A model generated the notes under the pieces. It saw nothing but the letters and a program-made list of their open reading frames with translations, was not told where the DNA came from and did no database searches. A DNA stretch of 52,659 nucleotides, from positions 1-52,659 of the forward strand of contig JBMORE010000185.1 of NCBI GenBank assembly GCA_049322255.1, written 5' to 3'. The position numbers and the translations under genes were made by a program. Shown piece after piece: positions 36,520-44,204 of this stretch. The DNA comes from Myxococcota bacterium (lineage in GTDB: Bacteria; Myxococcota; Myxococcia; Myxococcales; Myxococcaceae). How positions within the stretch are numbered: the first letter of the stretch is position 1; every line of letters starts with the position of its first letter.

Positions 36520-37146
36520 CTAAAAGTCGGTTGCCAAACCCACCATTCCTCCCGAGGGCGTCGGCATCGCCACCGGTCGAATGCTCTTGGCGACATTGCT
36601 CAAGTGACTCTCTTCCAGCCAGTGCGCTGGAAGGATGATCATGACAAGAGGTGCGGCGAGGAGCAGCGGGAAGAAGAAGATCCCCGGGATGAGCAGAGCG
36701 ACGCCGAAGAGAGCGCCCTTGATGGCTGTGCTCCAGTCGCCAGTTCCATTCAGCGCCTGGTGGAGCGCCAAGGCTCCGAACCCCGCCGAGCACGCTATCG
36801 CCAGCGCCGACCCTCCCGCGAACACCAGCATGAATGCGAGCCGTTCGAGCGTGCCGCCACGCCCTGCAACAGACCCCATGAAGCCCAAGGCGAAGTAGAG
36901 CCCGGTGGCGGCACCCGCGGCAAAGGCGGTTGCGCCGAGCGTGGAAACCGTGACCCGAAGGAGCGAATAACGTTCGAGGTTCGCCGCCGACGGGGCCGGA
37001 GCTCGAGCAGCCGGGGCAACTGTCTCGTCAGCGGGCTGGCCCACGTCCGAGGGCAACGGTGGCGGCGAGAGCGGAGCGAGCGGGCCGTTGGCAAACGCCG
37101 CGCCGGAAAGAAGCAGGGTGGTGGCAAGAATTGGAACGGTTCGCAT
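36520..37146 (-). CDS. Hypothetical membrane protein (signal peptide, Pro-rich linker, Gly/Ala-rich TMs), antisense within the nuo set 2 cluster
   Basis: MRTVPILATTLLLSGAAFA signal; several hydrophobic segments; C-terminal PVAMPTPSGGMVGLATDF. Confidence 0.6.
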   Translation of the reverse strand: MRTVPILATTLLLSGAAFANGPLAPLSPPPLPSDVGQPADETVAPAARAPAPSAANLERYSLLRVTVSTLGATAFAAGAATGLYFALGFMGSVAGRGGTLERLAFMLVFAGGSALAIACSAGFGALALHQALNGTGDWSTAIKGALFGVALLIPGIFFFPLLLAAPLVMIILPAHWLEESHLSNVAKSIRPVAMPTPSGGMVGLATDF

Positions 37147-37310
37147 GCTGGGCAATCAGGCAACAGGCTTGCCCCGTACTTTACGACGCGGATTCAAGGC
37201 CTTGTACGGGGAATGCCGCTCCATGTGCAGCGGCCTTCTTGGCGTCTTGTGCGAGCGCTTGCTCATCGAAGGGATTAGAAGGCCCTCGGAAAGTCGCTCA
37301 CAAATCGCTT

Positions 37311-37323
37311 TAAGCGCTTGATT
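37311..37323 (-). promoter_or_regulatory. IHF-consensus site upstream of nuoJ
   Basis: TAAGCGCTTGATT is the exact reverse complement of WATCAANNNNTTR. Confidence 0.45.
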
Positions 37324-37357
37324 TTCCTCGCGCTTGCGGCGAAAAGCGCACCTCCTG

Positions 37358-38020
37358 ATGGCTGACGACAACGTGAAGAAGCCAGAGCGATCGACGCACT
37401 ATGCGGAGATCCTTGGCGGGCTGCTCTTGATGGCCTTCTTGGTGGCGGTGGTGTTCTGGGGCGCAGCGAAGATGCTCCCGGGCATGGCGCCAGTGGCGGC
37501 GAAGGGCGCCGAGCTGGCCAAGCCCACCGACTTGCTCTTCTTCCTCATCGCCGGAGTGACGATGGTGTCGGCCGCCGGCGTGGCCTTTTCGCGCAACATC
37601 ATCTACTCAGCGCTCGCGCTCCTGGGCGCGCTCTTGGGCACCGGGGCGCTCTACATTTTCTTGAACGCCGACTACGTGGCCATCACCCAGCTGCTCATCT
37701 ACGTCGGCGGCGTGCTGGTGCTCATTCTCTTCGCGGTGATGCTCACCAATCGCATCGATGAAAAGAAGCAGTCGAACCCGATGAGCAACGTCTTCCCTGG
37801 TCTGGGGCTCTTGGGCGCGCTGCTGCTCCTCTTTGGATTTATCGCGGCGAAGGCGCCCTGGAAGCTGGGCGACGCAAAGCTCTCTGTCAGCTCGACGGTG
37901 GACAAGATCGGCGACCTCTTCTTGGGGCACTACCTGCTCGCCTTCGAGGTCATCTCGCTGCTCTTGCTCGCCACGCTCATCGGCGCGGTGGTCATCGCCC
38001 GCAAGGAAATCAAGGAGTAG
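37358..38020 (+). CDS. nuoJ: Complex I-like subunit J with an extra N-terminal hydrophobic helix
   Basis: RNIIYSAL, QLLIYVGGVLVLILFAVML, YLLAFEVISLLLL..LIGAVVIARK. Confidence 0.92.
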   Translation: MADDNVKKPERSTHYAEILGGLLLMAFLVAVVFWGAAKMLPGMAPVAAKGAELAKPTDLLFFLIAGVTMVSAAGVAFSRNIIYSALALLGALLGTGALYIFLNADYVAITQLLIYVGGVLVLILFAVMLTNRIDEKKQSNPMSNVFPGLGLLGALLLLFGFIAAKAPWKLGDAKLSVSSTVDKIGDLFLGHYLLAFEVISLLLLATLIGAVVIARKEIKE

Positions 38021-38022
38021 CC

Positions 38023-38337
38023 ATGGTGACCATCGGGCTGCCTCACTTCCTCATCGTCGGCGCAGTGCTCTTCGCCTTCGGCACCTACACCGTCGTCACT
38101 CGCTCCAACGCGGTGGGCATCTTGATGGGCGTCGAGCTCATCTTGAACGCCGCCAATCTGAACTTCGTGGCCTTCAACCGCTTCAACCCCACGCCGCATT
38201 TGAGCGGTCAGGTCTTCAGCCTATTCGTCATCGTGCTGGCGGCGGCGGAGGCGGCGGTGGCGCTGGCCATCGTGCTCGCCATCTACATGAACCAGAAGAG
38301 CATCGACGTCTCCGAGGCAGACACCTTGCGGGAATAG
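38023..38337 (+). CDS. nuoK: Complex I-like subunit K
   Basis: LMGVELILNAANLNFV and LAAAEAAVALAI; both conserved Glu present. Confidence 0.95.
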   Translation: MVTIGLPHFLIVGAVLFAFGTYTVVTRSNAVGILMGVELILNAANLNFVAFNRFNPTPHLSGQVFSLFVIVLAAAEAAVALAIVLAIYMNQKSIDVSEADTLRE

Positions 38338-38340
38338 CGA

Positions 38341-40872
38341 ATGAACATCTTCTTTGCGCTCAATGAATTGGTGCTGGCGTCGGGAGCCCACGCCCCTGCC
38401 GCCGCTCCACACTCACCACAGGAAGTCGTCCACGTCGGGTACCTGTGGCTCATTCCGCTCTTGCCCCTGCTCGGCTCGGCGGTGAACGCCTTCGTCGGCC
38501 ACAAGCTGCAGAAGCTCTACGGGAAGAAAATCACCTCGCACATCGCCATCGGCGCGATGGTGGGTGCGTTCGCGGTGGCAGTGGTGGCCTTCGCGCAGAT
38601 GCTCTCGCTGCCTGCGGAGCAGCGCTACCTCTCCGACTTCGTCTTCAACATGTTTACCGCGGGCGACGTGCAGGCCGACCTGGCGTTCGCCCTCGACCCG
38701 CTGTCGATGATGATGACGCTGATCATCACCTTCATCGGTACGCTCATTCACATCTACTCCACCGGGTACATGGCGGACGAGCCGGCCTACTGGCGGTTCT
38801 TCTGCTACCTGAACCTCTTCGTCTTCTCGATGCTCCTGTTGGTCATGGGAGACAACTTCGTCCTCATGTTCTTCGGCTGGGAGGGCGTGGGGCTGTGCAG
38901 CTACCTCTTGATTGGGTTCTGGTACGAGGACAAGGAGAAGGCGCAGGCGGGCGTCAAAGCGTTCGTCACCAACCGCTTCGGCGACTTCGGCTTCGTGCTC
39001 GGGCTGTTCCTTCTCTTCTGGGCGCTGGGCGGCAGCTGGACCAAGGAGGACAACGTTCTGCCTGCGCGCGAGGCGGTATGGGCGCGTAGCGACCCCGCTT
39101 ACGTGCCGCAGGTCGAGAGCGGAACCGTCTATCGGAAGGACCTCGCGTACGCGCCGAGGCAGCCTCCTTCTACCTATGCCGAGGTGGAGGCGCAGAAGGG
39201 CGAGGGCGGCAAGTGGCAGGCAGGCCCGGCGGCGGCGGTACGGGCCGGTCTCAAGGTCGGCCCCACGCTCAACTTCCGGGAGCTACGCGATCAGGTCGTC
39301 ATCGAGGCGACCGGAGTGAAGAAGCGGCTCCTCGGGATGGAGTTCCTCGGCATTCCGCTCCTGGCGCTGGTGGGCATTCTCTTCTTCGTCGGCGCCACCT
39401 CGAAGAGCGCGCAGATTCCGCTGTACGTGTGGCTGCCGGACGCCATGGCCGGCCCCACGCCGGTGTCGGCGCTCATCCACGCGGCCACCATGGTCACCGC
39501 CGGCGTCTACATGGTGGCGCGGCTCAACTTCATCTTCTCCCTGTCCCCGATCGCGATGACGGTGATTGCCGTCACCGGAGCGGCCACCGCGATGTTCGCC
39601 GCCTCCATCGGGTTTTTGCAGCACGACATCAAGAAGGTGCTGGCGTACTCCACGGTGTCGCAGCTGGGCTTCATGTTCATCGGCGTCGGCGTGGGCGCCT
39701 ATTGGGCCGGCGTCTACCACTTGCTCACCCACGCCTTCTTCAAGGCCTGTCTCTTCTTGGGCTCGGGCTCGGTGATCCTCGGCTGCCACCACGAGCAGGA
39801 CATGCGGAAGATGGGCGGCCTCAAGAAGTACATGCCGCTCACCGAGAAGACCTACCTCTACGCCTGCATCGCCATCGCCGGCTTCCCCATCGCCAACGGC
39901 TTCTTCTCCAAGGATGAAATCCTCTGGAAGGCGTTCGACTCGGGGAGCAACCTGCTCGATCCCACCATCGGCAAGGTCATTTGGTTCGTCGGCTGGCTCA
40001 CCGCGCTGGGCACCAGCTTCTACATGTGGCGCAGCTACTACATGACCTTCACCGGCGAGTACCGGGGAGGGGTGGGGCACGGACACGCGCACGCGGATGC
40101 GCATGCTCCTTCGGCTACGCCAGTGTTGGCGACGCACTCGGTGGGGGCGGCGCACGCAGCGACCTTCGACCACGACGTGGGTCACGGCGGCGATTCACAC
40201 GGGCACGGGCACCACGGTGGTACTCCTCACGAGTCGCCCCGGGCGATGACCTGGGTGCTCGCGACCTTGGCCATTGGCTGTTTCCTCACCATCGCCTTGG
40301 GCTTCTGGGCGCCGTTGGGGATTACCCCCGCGCTGGAGCACTGGCTCGAGCCGGTACTTTCGCCTTCGGCCGCGCTGGTCCACGAGCGCAGCCTCAAGCA
40401 GGGGCACGCCCTGGAGTACCTGCTCATTGGTCTTTCAGTGGCGGTGGCGTTCGGCGGCTGGCTCATCGCCCGCGCGCTCTACAAAGACGCCAAGAGCACC
40501 GTGCCGGCAACGCTGGCGGCCAAATTCCCGCGGGTGCACCGAGTCGTCTACAACAAGTATTACGTCGACGAGCTGTACCAGAAGACGGTGCTCGCGGGGG
40601 CGATGGTCATCGCCAAGGCCTCCAGCGCGTTTGACCGCATCGTCATCGACGGTGCGGTGGGTGCGGTCGCCGCCGTCGGCAGGTTCGTGTGCAACATCGA
40701 GGGCGCGATCGACAAGTACCTGGTCGATGGTGCGGTGAACTTCGTCGCCGACACCGCCCTGCGGTCTGGCAAGGCGATTCGCCGGCTTCAGACCGGGCGT
40801 ATTCAGCACTACCTCTACGCGGCGCTCGCCGGCGCACTGATTGTCGCCGGCATCAACTTCCTCATCCGGTAG
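38341..40872 (+). CDS. nuoL: Complex I-like subunit L (843 aa; loop insertion, His-rich loop, extended lateral helix)
   Basis: GWEGVG, NRFGD, KSAQIPLYVWLPDAMAGPTPVSALIHAATMV, DIKKVLAYST, FFSKDEI, YYVDELY...LQTG. Confidence 0.95.
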   Translation: MNIFFALNELVLASGAHAPAAAPHSPQEVVHVGYLWLIPLLPLLGSAVNAFVGHKLQKLYGKKITSHIAIGAMVGAFAVAVVAFAQMLSLPAEQRYLSDFVFNMFTAGDVQADLAFALDPLSMMMTLIITFIGTLIHIYSTGYMADEPAYWRFFCYLNLFVFSMLLLVMGDNFVLMFFGWEGVGLCSYLLIGFWYEDKEKAQAGVKAFVTNRFGDFGFVLGLFLLFWALGGSWTKEDNVLPAREAVWARSDPAYVPQVESGTVYRKDLAYAPRQPPSTYAEVEAQKGEGGKWQAGPAAAVRAGLKVGPTLNFRELRDQVVIEATGVKKRLLGMEFLGIPLLALVGILFFVGATSKSAQIPLYVWLPDAMAGPTPVSALIHAATMVTAGVYMVARLNFIFSLSPIAMTVIAVTGAATAMFAASIGFLQHDIKKVLAYSTVSQLGFMFIGVGVGAYWAGVYHLLTHAFFKACLFLGSGSVILGCHHEQDMRKMGGLKKYMPLTEKTYLYACIAIAGFPIANGFFSKDEILWKAFDSGSNLLDPTIGKVIWFVGWLTALGTSFYMWRSYYMTFTGEYRGGVGHGHAHADAHAPSATPVLATHSVGAAHAATFDHDVGHGGDSHGHGHHGGTPHESPRAMTWVLATLAIGCFLTIALGFWAPLGITPALEHWLEPVLSPSAALVHERSLKQGHALEYLLIGLSVAVAFGGWLIARALYKDAKSTVPATLAAKFPRVHRVVYNKYYVDELYQKTVLAGAMVIAKASSAFDRIVIDGAVGAVAAVGRFVCNIEGAIDKYLVDGAVNFVADTALRSGKAIRRLQTGRIQHYLYAALAGALIVAGINFLIR

Positions 40873-40878
40873 ATCTCC

Positions 40879-42570
40879 ATGACCAACCACCTGCTCAGCC
40901 TCATCATCTTCCTTCCGCTCGCCGGGGCGGCGCTCATCGCGCTCACGATGGCCCTGCCGATGGCCAAAGAGGTGCGAGACAACGCCTCGCGGTGGCTCTC
41001 CCTCCTCGTCTCCGCCCTGGCGATGCTCGGCGGCCTCTACCTCTGGACGAGCTACACCGGCGGCGGAGTGCAGTACGTCGAGCGCTTCACGTGGATTCGC
41101 TCGCTGGGCATCGAGTACTACGTGGGGGTCGACGGCATCAGCGTGTCGATGGTCATCCTCTCCACCCTCGTCTCCTTCATCGCCACCATCGCCTCCATGC
41201 CCTGGTGGAAGGGCGCCAAGGAGCACGACGACCCGCACCACCCGCACTTCTCCCAGGTGAAGGTGCCCGGCTACATGGCGATGCTGCTCATCCTCCAGAC
41301 GGGCATGAGCGGGACCTTCGCCGCGCTGGACATGTTCCTCTTCTTCGTCTTCTGGGAGGTCATGCTCCTGCCGATGTACTTCCTCATCGGCATCTGGGGC
41401 GGGCCGCGCAAGGAGTATGCGGCGATCAAGTTCTTCCTCTACACCCTGGCCGGCTCGGTGCTGCTGCTCCTCGCGATCATCGCGCTCCACTACAAGAGCG
41501 GGGATTTGGGCCTGCTCGCCAAGCTGCGCGAGTCCAACCCGATGGCGTTCGCCGCGCTTCTCGACGGGAAGGCGTTGGTTCAGGGGCCAGACGGCGCGCT
41601 CGGCTACCTCCTGGGAGACGGCGCCTTCGTCCCCCGTACTTTCGACATGGTGGTTTTGGCCAAGCTGGGTCAAAGCAGCTTGTTCGACTTGGTGGGCCCG
41701 TTCCTCTTCGGCGTCACCTTCGCCAAGTTGATGTGGGTGTTCATGTTCATCGCCTTCGCGGTGAAGGTGCCGATGGTGCCCTTCCACACCTGGCTCCCCG
41801 ATGCCCACGTCGAGGCGCCCACGCCCATCTCGGTCATCCTCGCCGGGGTGCTCCTCAAGATGGGCATCTACGGCATGCTCCGTTTCAACTGGGCGATGCT
41901 CCCTGGGGCGACGTCGGCCTTCGCCACCTTCGTGGCGGTCTTCGGGGTCATCAACGTCGTCTACGCGGCGATGGTTTGCCTGGCGCAGAAGGACTTGAAG
42001 AAGCTGATCGCCTACTCCTCGGTGTCGCACATGGGCTTTTCGCTCCTCGGCATGGCGGCGATGACCGAGGCGGGCATCAGCGGAGCGGTGCTCAACCTCT
42101 TCACCCACGGCCTCATCAGCCCGATGCTCTTCCTCATCGTGGGCGTCATCTACGACCGCGCCCACCACCGGGAGATCGAGGGCTTCGGCGGGATCGCCAA
42201 GGTGGTGCCCGAGTACACCGCGGTGATGGGCCTGGCCTTCTTCGCCTCCCTGGGCCTGCCGGGCCTGGCGGGCTTCGTGAGCGAGTTCATGGTGCTCAAC
42301 GGCTCGTTCATGAACCTGCCGTGGCACACCGCGCTCGCGGCGCTCTCGGTCATCATCACCGCGGCCTACTACCTGTGGACGGTGCAGCGCATGTTCCTGG
42401 GCAAGCTCAACGAGAAGTACGCCGAGCTTCCCGACTTGAACTGGCGCGAGCGCTTCACCCTCTACCCGCTGGCGGCGCTCACCTTGGTGTTCGGGTTCTA
42501 TCCGAACGTGATGCTCAACCTCATCAACTCGGACTTGTACAAGCTGCTTCGGGTGGTGAAGGGGGCGTAA
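40879..42570 (+). CDS. nuoM: Complex I-like subunit M
   Basis: FWEVMLLPMY, AVKVPMVPFHTWLPDAHVEAPT, LLKMGIYG, LIAYSSVSHMG, GFVSEF. Confidence 0.95.
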   Translation: MTNHLLSLIIFLPLAGAALIALTMALPMAKEVRDNASRWLSLLVSALAMLGGLYLWTSYTGGGVQYVERFTWIRSLGIEYYVGVDGISVSMVILSTLVSFIATIASMPWWKGAKEHDDPHHPHFSQVKVPGYMAMLLILQTGMSGTFAALDMFLFFVFWEVMLLPMYFLIGIWGGPRKEYAAIKFFLYTLAGSVLLLLAIIALHYKSGDLGLLAKLRESNPMAFAALLDGKALVQGPDGALGYLLGDGAFVPRTFDMVVLAKLGQSSLFDLVGPFLFGVTFAKLMWVFMFIAFAVKVPMVPFHTWLPDAHVEAPTPISVILAGVLLKMGIYGMLRFNWAMLPGATSAFATFVAVFGVINVVYAAMVCLAQKDLKKLIAYSSVSHMGFSLLGMAAMTEAGISGAVLNLFTHGLISPMLFLIVGVIYDRAHHREIEGFGGIAKVVPEYTAVMGLAFFASLGLPGLAGFVSEFMVLNGSFMNLPWHTALAALSVIITAAYYLWTVQRMFLGKLNEKYAELPDLNWRERFTLYPLAALTLVFGFYPNVMLNLINSDLYKLLRVVKGA

Positions 42571-42578
42571 GTCACATT

Positions 42579-42614
42579 CCCTCACCCTTGCCCTCTCCCT
42601 TCGGGAGAGGGGAG
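42579..42614 (+). repeat. REP-like palindromic element, copy 2, between nuoM and nuoN
   Basis: CCCTCACCCTTGCCCTCTCCC-TTC-GGGAGAGGGGAG; 9-bp perfect GC-rich stem. Confidence 0.8.
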
Positions 42615-42620
42615 ATTGAC

Positions 42621-44204
42621 ATGAACCACGTCCTCAACAACGTCGAGAGCCTGGCGTTCTTCGCCCCGGAGATCGTCCTCACCGCAGGGGCGATGGCCAT
42701 CTTCGTGCTCGACCTAGGCCTCAAGAATGCGCCCAAGCGGGTCGGCATTCTCACCGGGGCGAGCCTGGTCGTTCTCGCCCTTGCCACCCTAGCCACCTAC
42801 TGGTCGACCCAGCTGACCTACGTGGTCGACGGCCAGGCGTACACCGCCATCCAGCAGCCGATGGGTTTGTTCAACGGGCTCATCGTGCTCGACCCCTGGG
42901 CGGTGTTCTTCAAGTACCTCTCGTGGGCGGTCACCGCCTTGGCGATCGTCATCGCCGCACCCTCGTTGGAAATCTCCTCCGAGCGCATGGGCGAGTACTG
43001 CGCGATGCTCTTGGCCATCGCCGTCGGCCTGTCGCTGATGGCCAGCTCCACCGACATGCTGATGATGGTCATCGGCGTCGAGCTGGTGTCGATGGTCAGC
43101 TACGCACTGGCGGGCTTTCGTAAGCACCACCGCCGTTCCTCCGAGGCCGCGCTCAAGTACGTGGTCTACGGCGGCGTGGCGAGCGGAATGATGCTCTTCG
43201 GCATGAGCTGGCTCTACGGGCTCATCGGCACCACCAACGTGGTGGGCGCCGCCGGCCGCATCAACGAGTACGGCGAGAAGGTCTATTTGCAGCTGCTCCA
43301 GACCGGCTCGGAGGGCGCCGGACGCGTGGCGCTCATCGTGGCCATCGTGCTCATCCTCTCGGGCATCGGGTACAAGATTGCCGCGGTCCCCTGGCACATG
43401 TGGTGCCCCGACGTTTACGAAGGAGCGCCCACCCCGTTCACCGCCTTCCTCTCGGTGGGTCCCAAGGCCGCAGGCTTCGCCTTGGCGGTGCGGGTGCTCT
43501 ACGGCGCGATGAGCGAGAGCGGCGGACAGGACTTGGCCACTGTGTTGCGCGACGTTCCCTGGCCGGAAATCATCGGGGTGCTCGCCGCGGTGACGATGAC
43601 CGTGGGCAACTTCGCCGCGCTCAACCAGACCAATGTGAAGCGCATGCTGGCTTACAGCTCGATCGCTCACGCCGGTTACCTTTTGATGGGTCTGGCGGCG
43701 GCCTCGGCGACCGGATCAGAGTCGATCGCCATCTACCTGGTGGTCTACCTGTTCATGAACCTGGGGGCCTTCCTGGTGGTGGGGACGGTGGGGCGGCTAG
43801 CGGGGTCAGAGTCGATCTTCGAGTACCGAGGCCTCTCCGCCCGTGCGCCCTTCGCCGCGGTGGCCTTTGCCATCTTCCTCTTCTCGCTCACCGGCTTGCC
43901 GCCGCTGGCGGGCTTCGTGGGCAAGTTCCACCTGTTCAAGGCGCTCATCGATCGGGGAGAAGCCTGGCACGTCACCTTGGCCCTCATCGGTGTCCTCAAC
44001 AGCGCGGTGTCGCTCTACTATTACGCGCGCATCGTCAAGGCGATGTTCCTCGACAAGCCAGCCAACACCGCCCGCATTCCCGTGCCGAAGTCGTACAACT
44101 TCCTGCTCGGGTTTTTGGTGGCGGCGGTGATTGGCCTCGGGGTCTACTTCGAGGGGCTGCGCACGCTCGCTGGGGCCTCGGTGCACCTGTTCGGTCATTC
44201 TTAA
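42621..44204 (+). CDS. nuoN: Complex I-like subunit N
   Basis: GVELVS, SEAALKY, YKIAAVPWHMWCPDVYEGAPTP, GPKAAG, KRMLAYSSIAHAGY, GFVGKF. Confidence 0.95.
   Translation: MNHVLNNVESLAFFAPEIVLTAGAMAIFVLDLGLKNAPKRVGILTGASLVVLALATLATYWSTQLTYVVDGQAYTAIQQPMGLFNGLIVLDPWAVFFKYLSWAVTALAIVIAAPSLEISSERMGEYCAMLLAIAVGLSLMASSTDMLMMVIGVELVSMVSYALAGFRKHHRRSSEAALKYVVYGGVASGMMLFGMSWLYGLIGTTNVVGAAGRINEYGEKVYLQLLQTGSEGAGRVALIVAIVLILSGIGYKIAAVPWHMWCPDVYEGAPTPFTAFLSVGPKAAGFALAVRVLYGAMSESGGQDLATVLRDVPWPEIIGVLAAVTMTVGNFAALNQTNVKRMLAYSSIAHAGYLLMGLAAASATGSESIAIYLVVYLFMNLGAFLVVGTVGRLAGSESIFEYRGLSARAPFAAVAFAIFLFSLTGLPPLAGFVGKFHLFKALIDRGEAWHVTLALIGVLNSAVSLYYYARIVKAMFLDKPANTARIPVPKSYNFLLGFLVAAVIGLGVYFEGLRTLAGASVHLFGHS

Noticed and set aside
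36184..36537. Exact 127-bp direct repeat around the N gap, suggesting a duplicated nuoI end or an insertion site
   Set aside because: A perfect repeat immediately flanking a 100-N gap, with a length equal to a common assembler k-mer (127), is most simply an unmerged contig overlap.
40689..42620. 1171-aa ORF suggesting a NuoM-NuoN fusion or hidden second antiporter
   Set aside because: The upstream ~640 codons are an Arg/Pro-rich off-frame reading of nuoL/nuoM; real NuoN starts at 42621.
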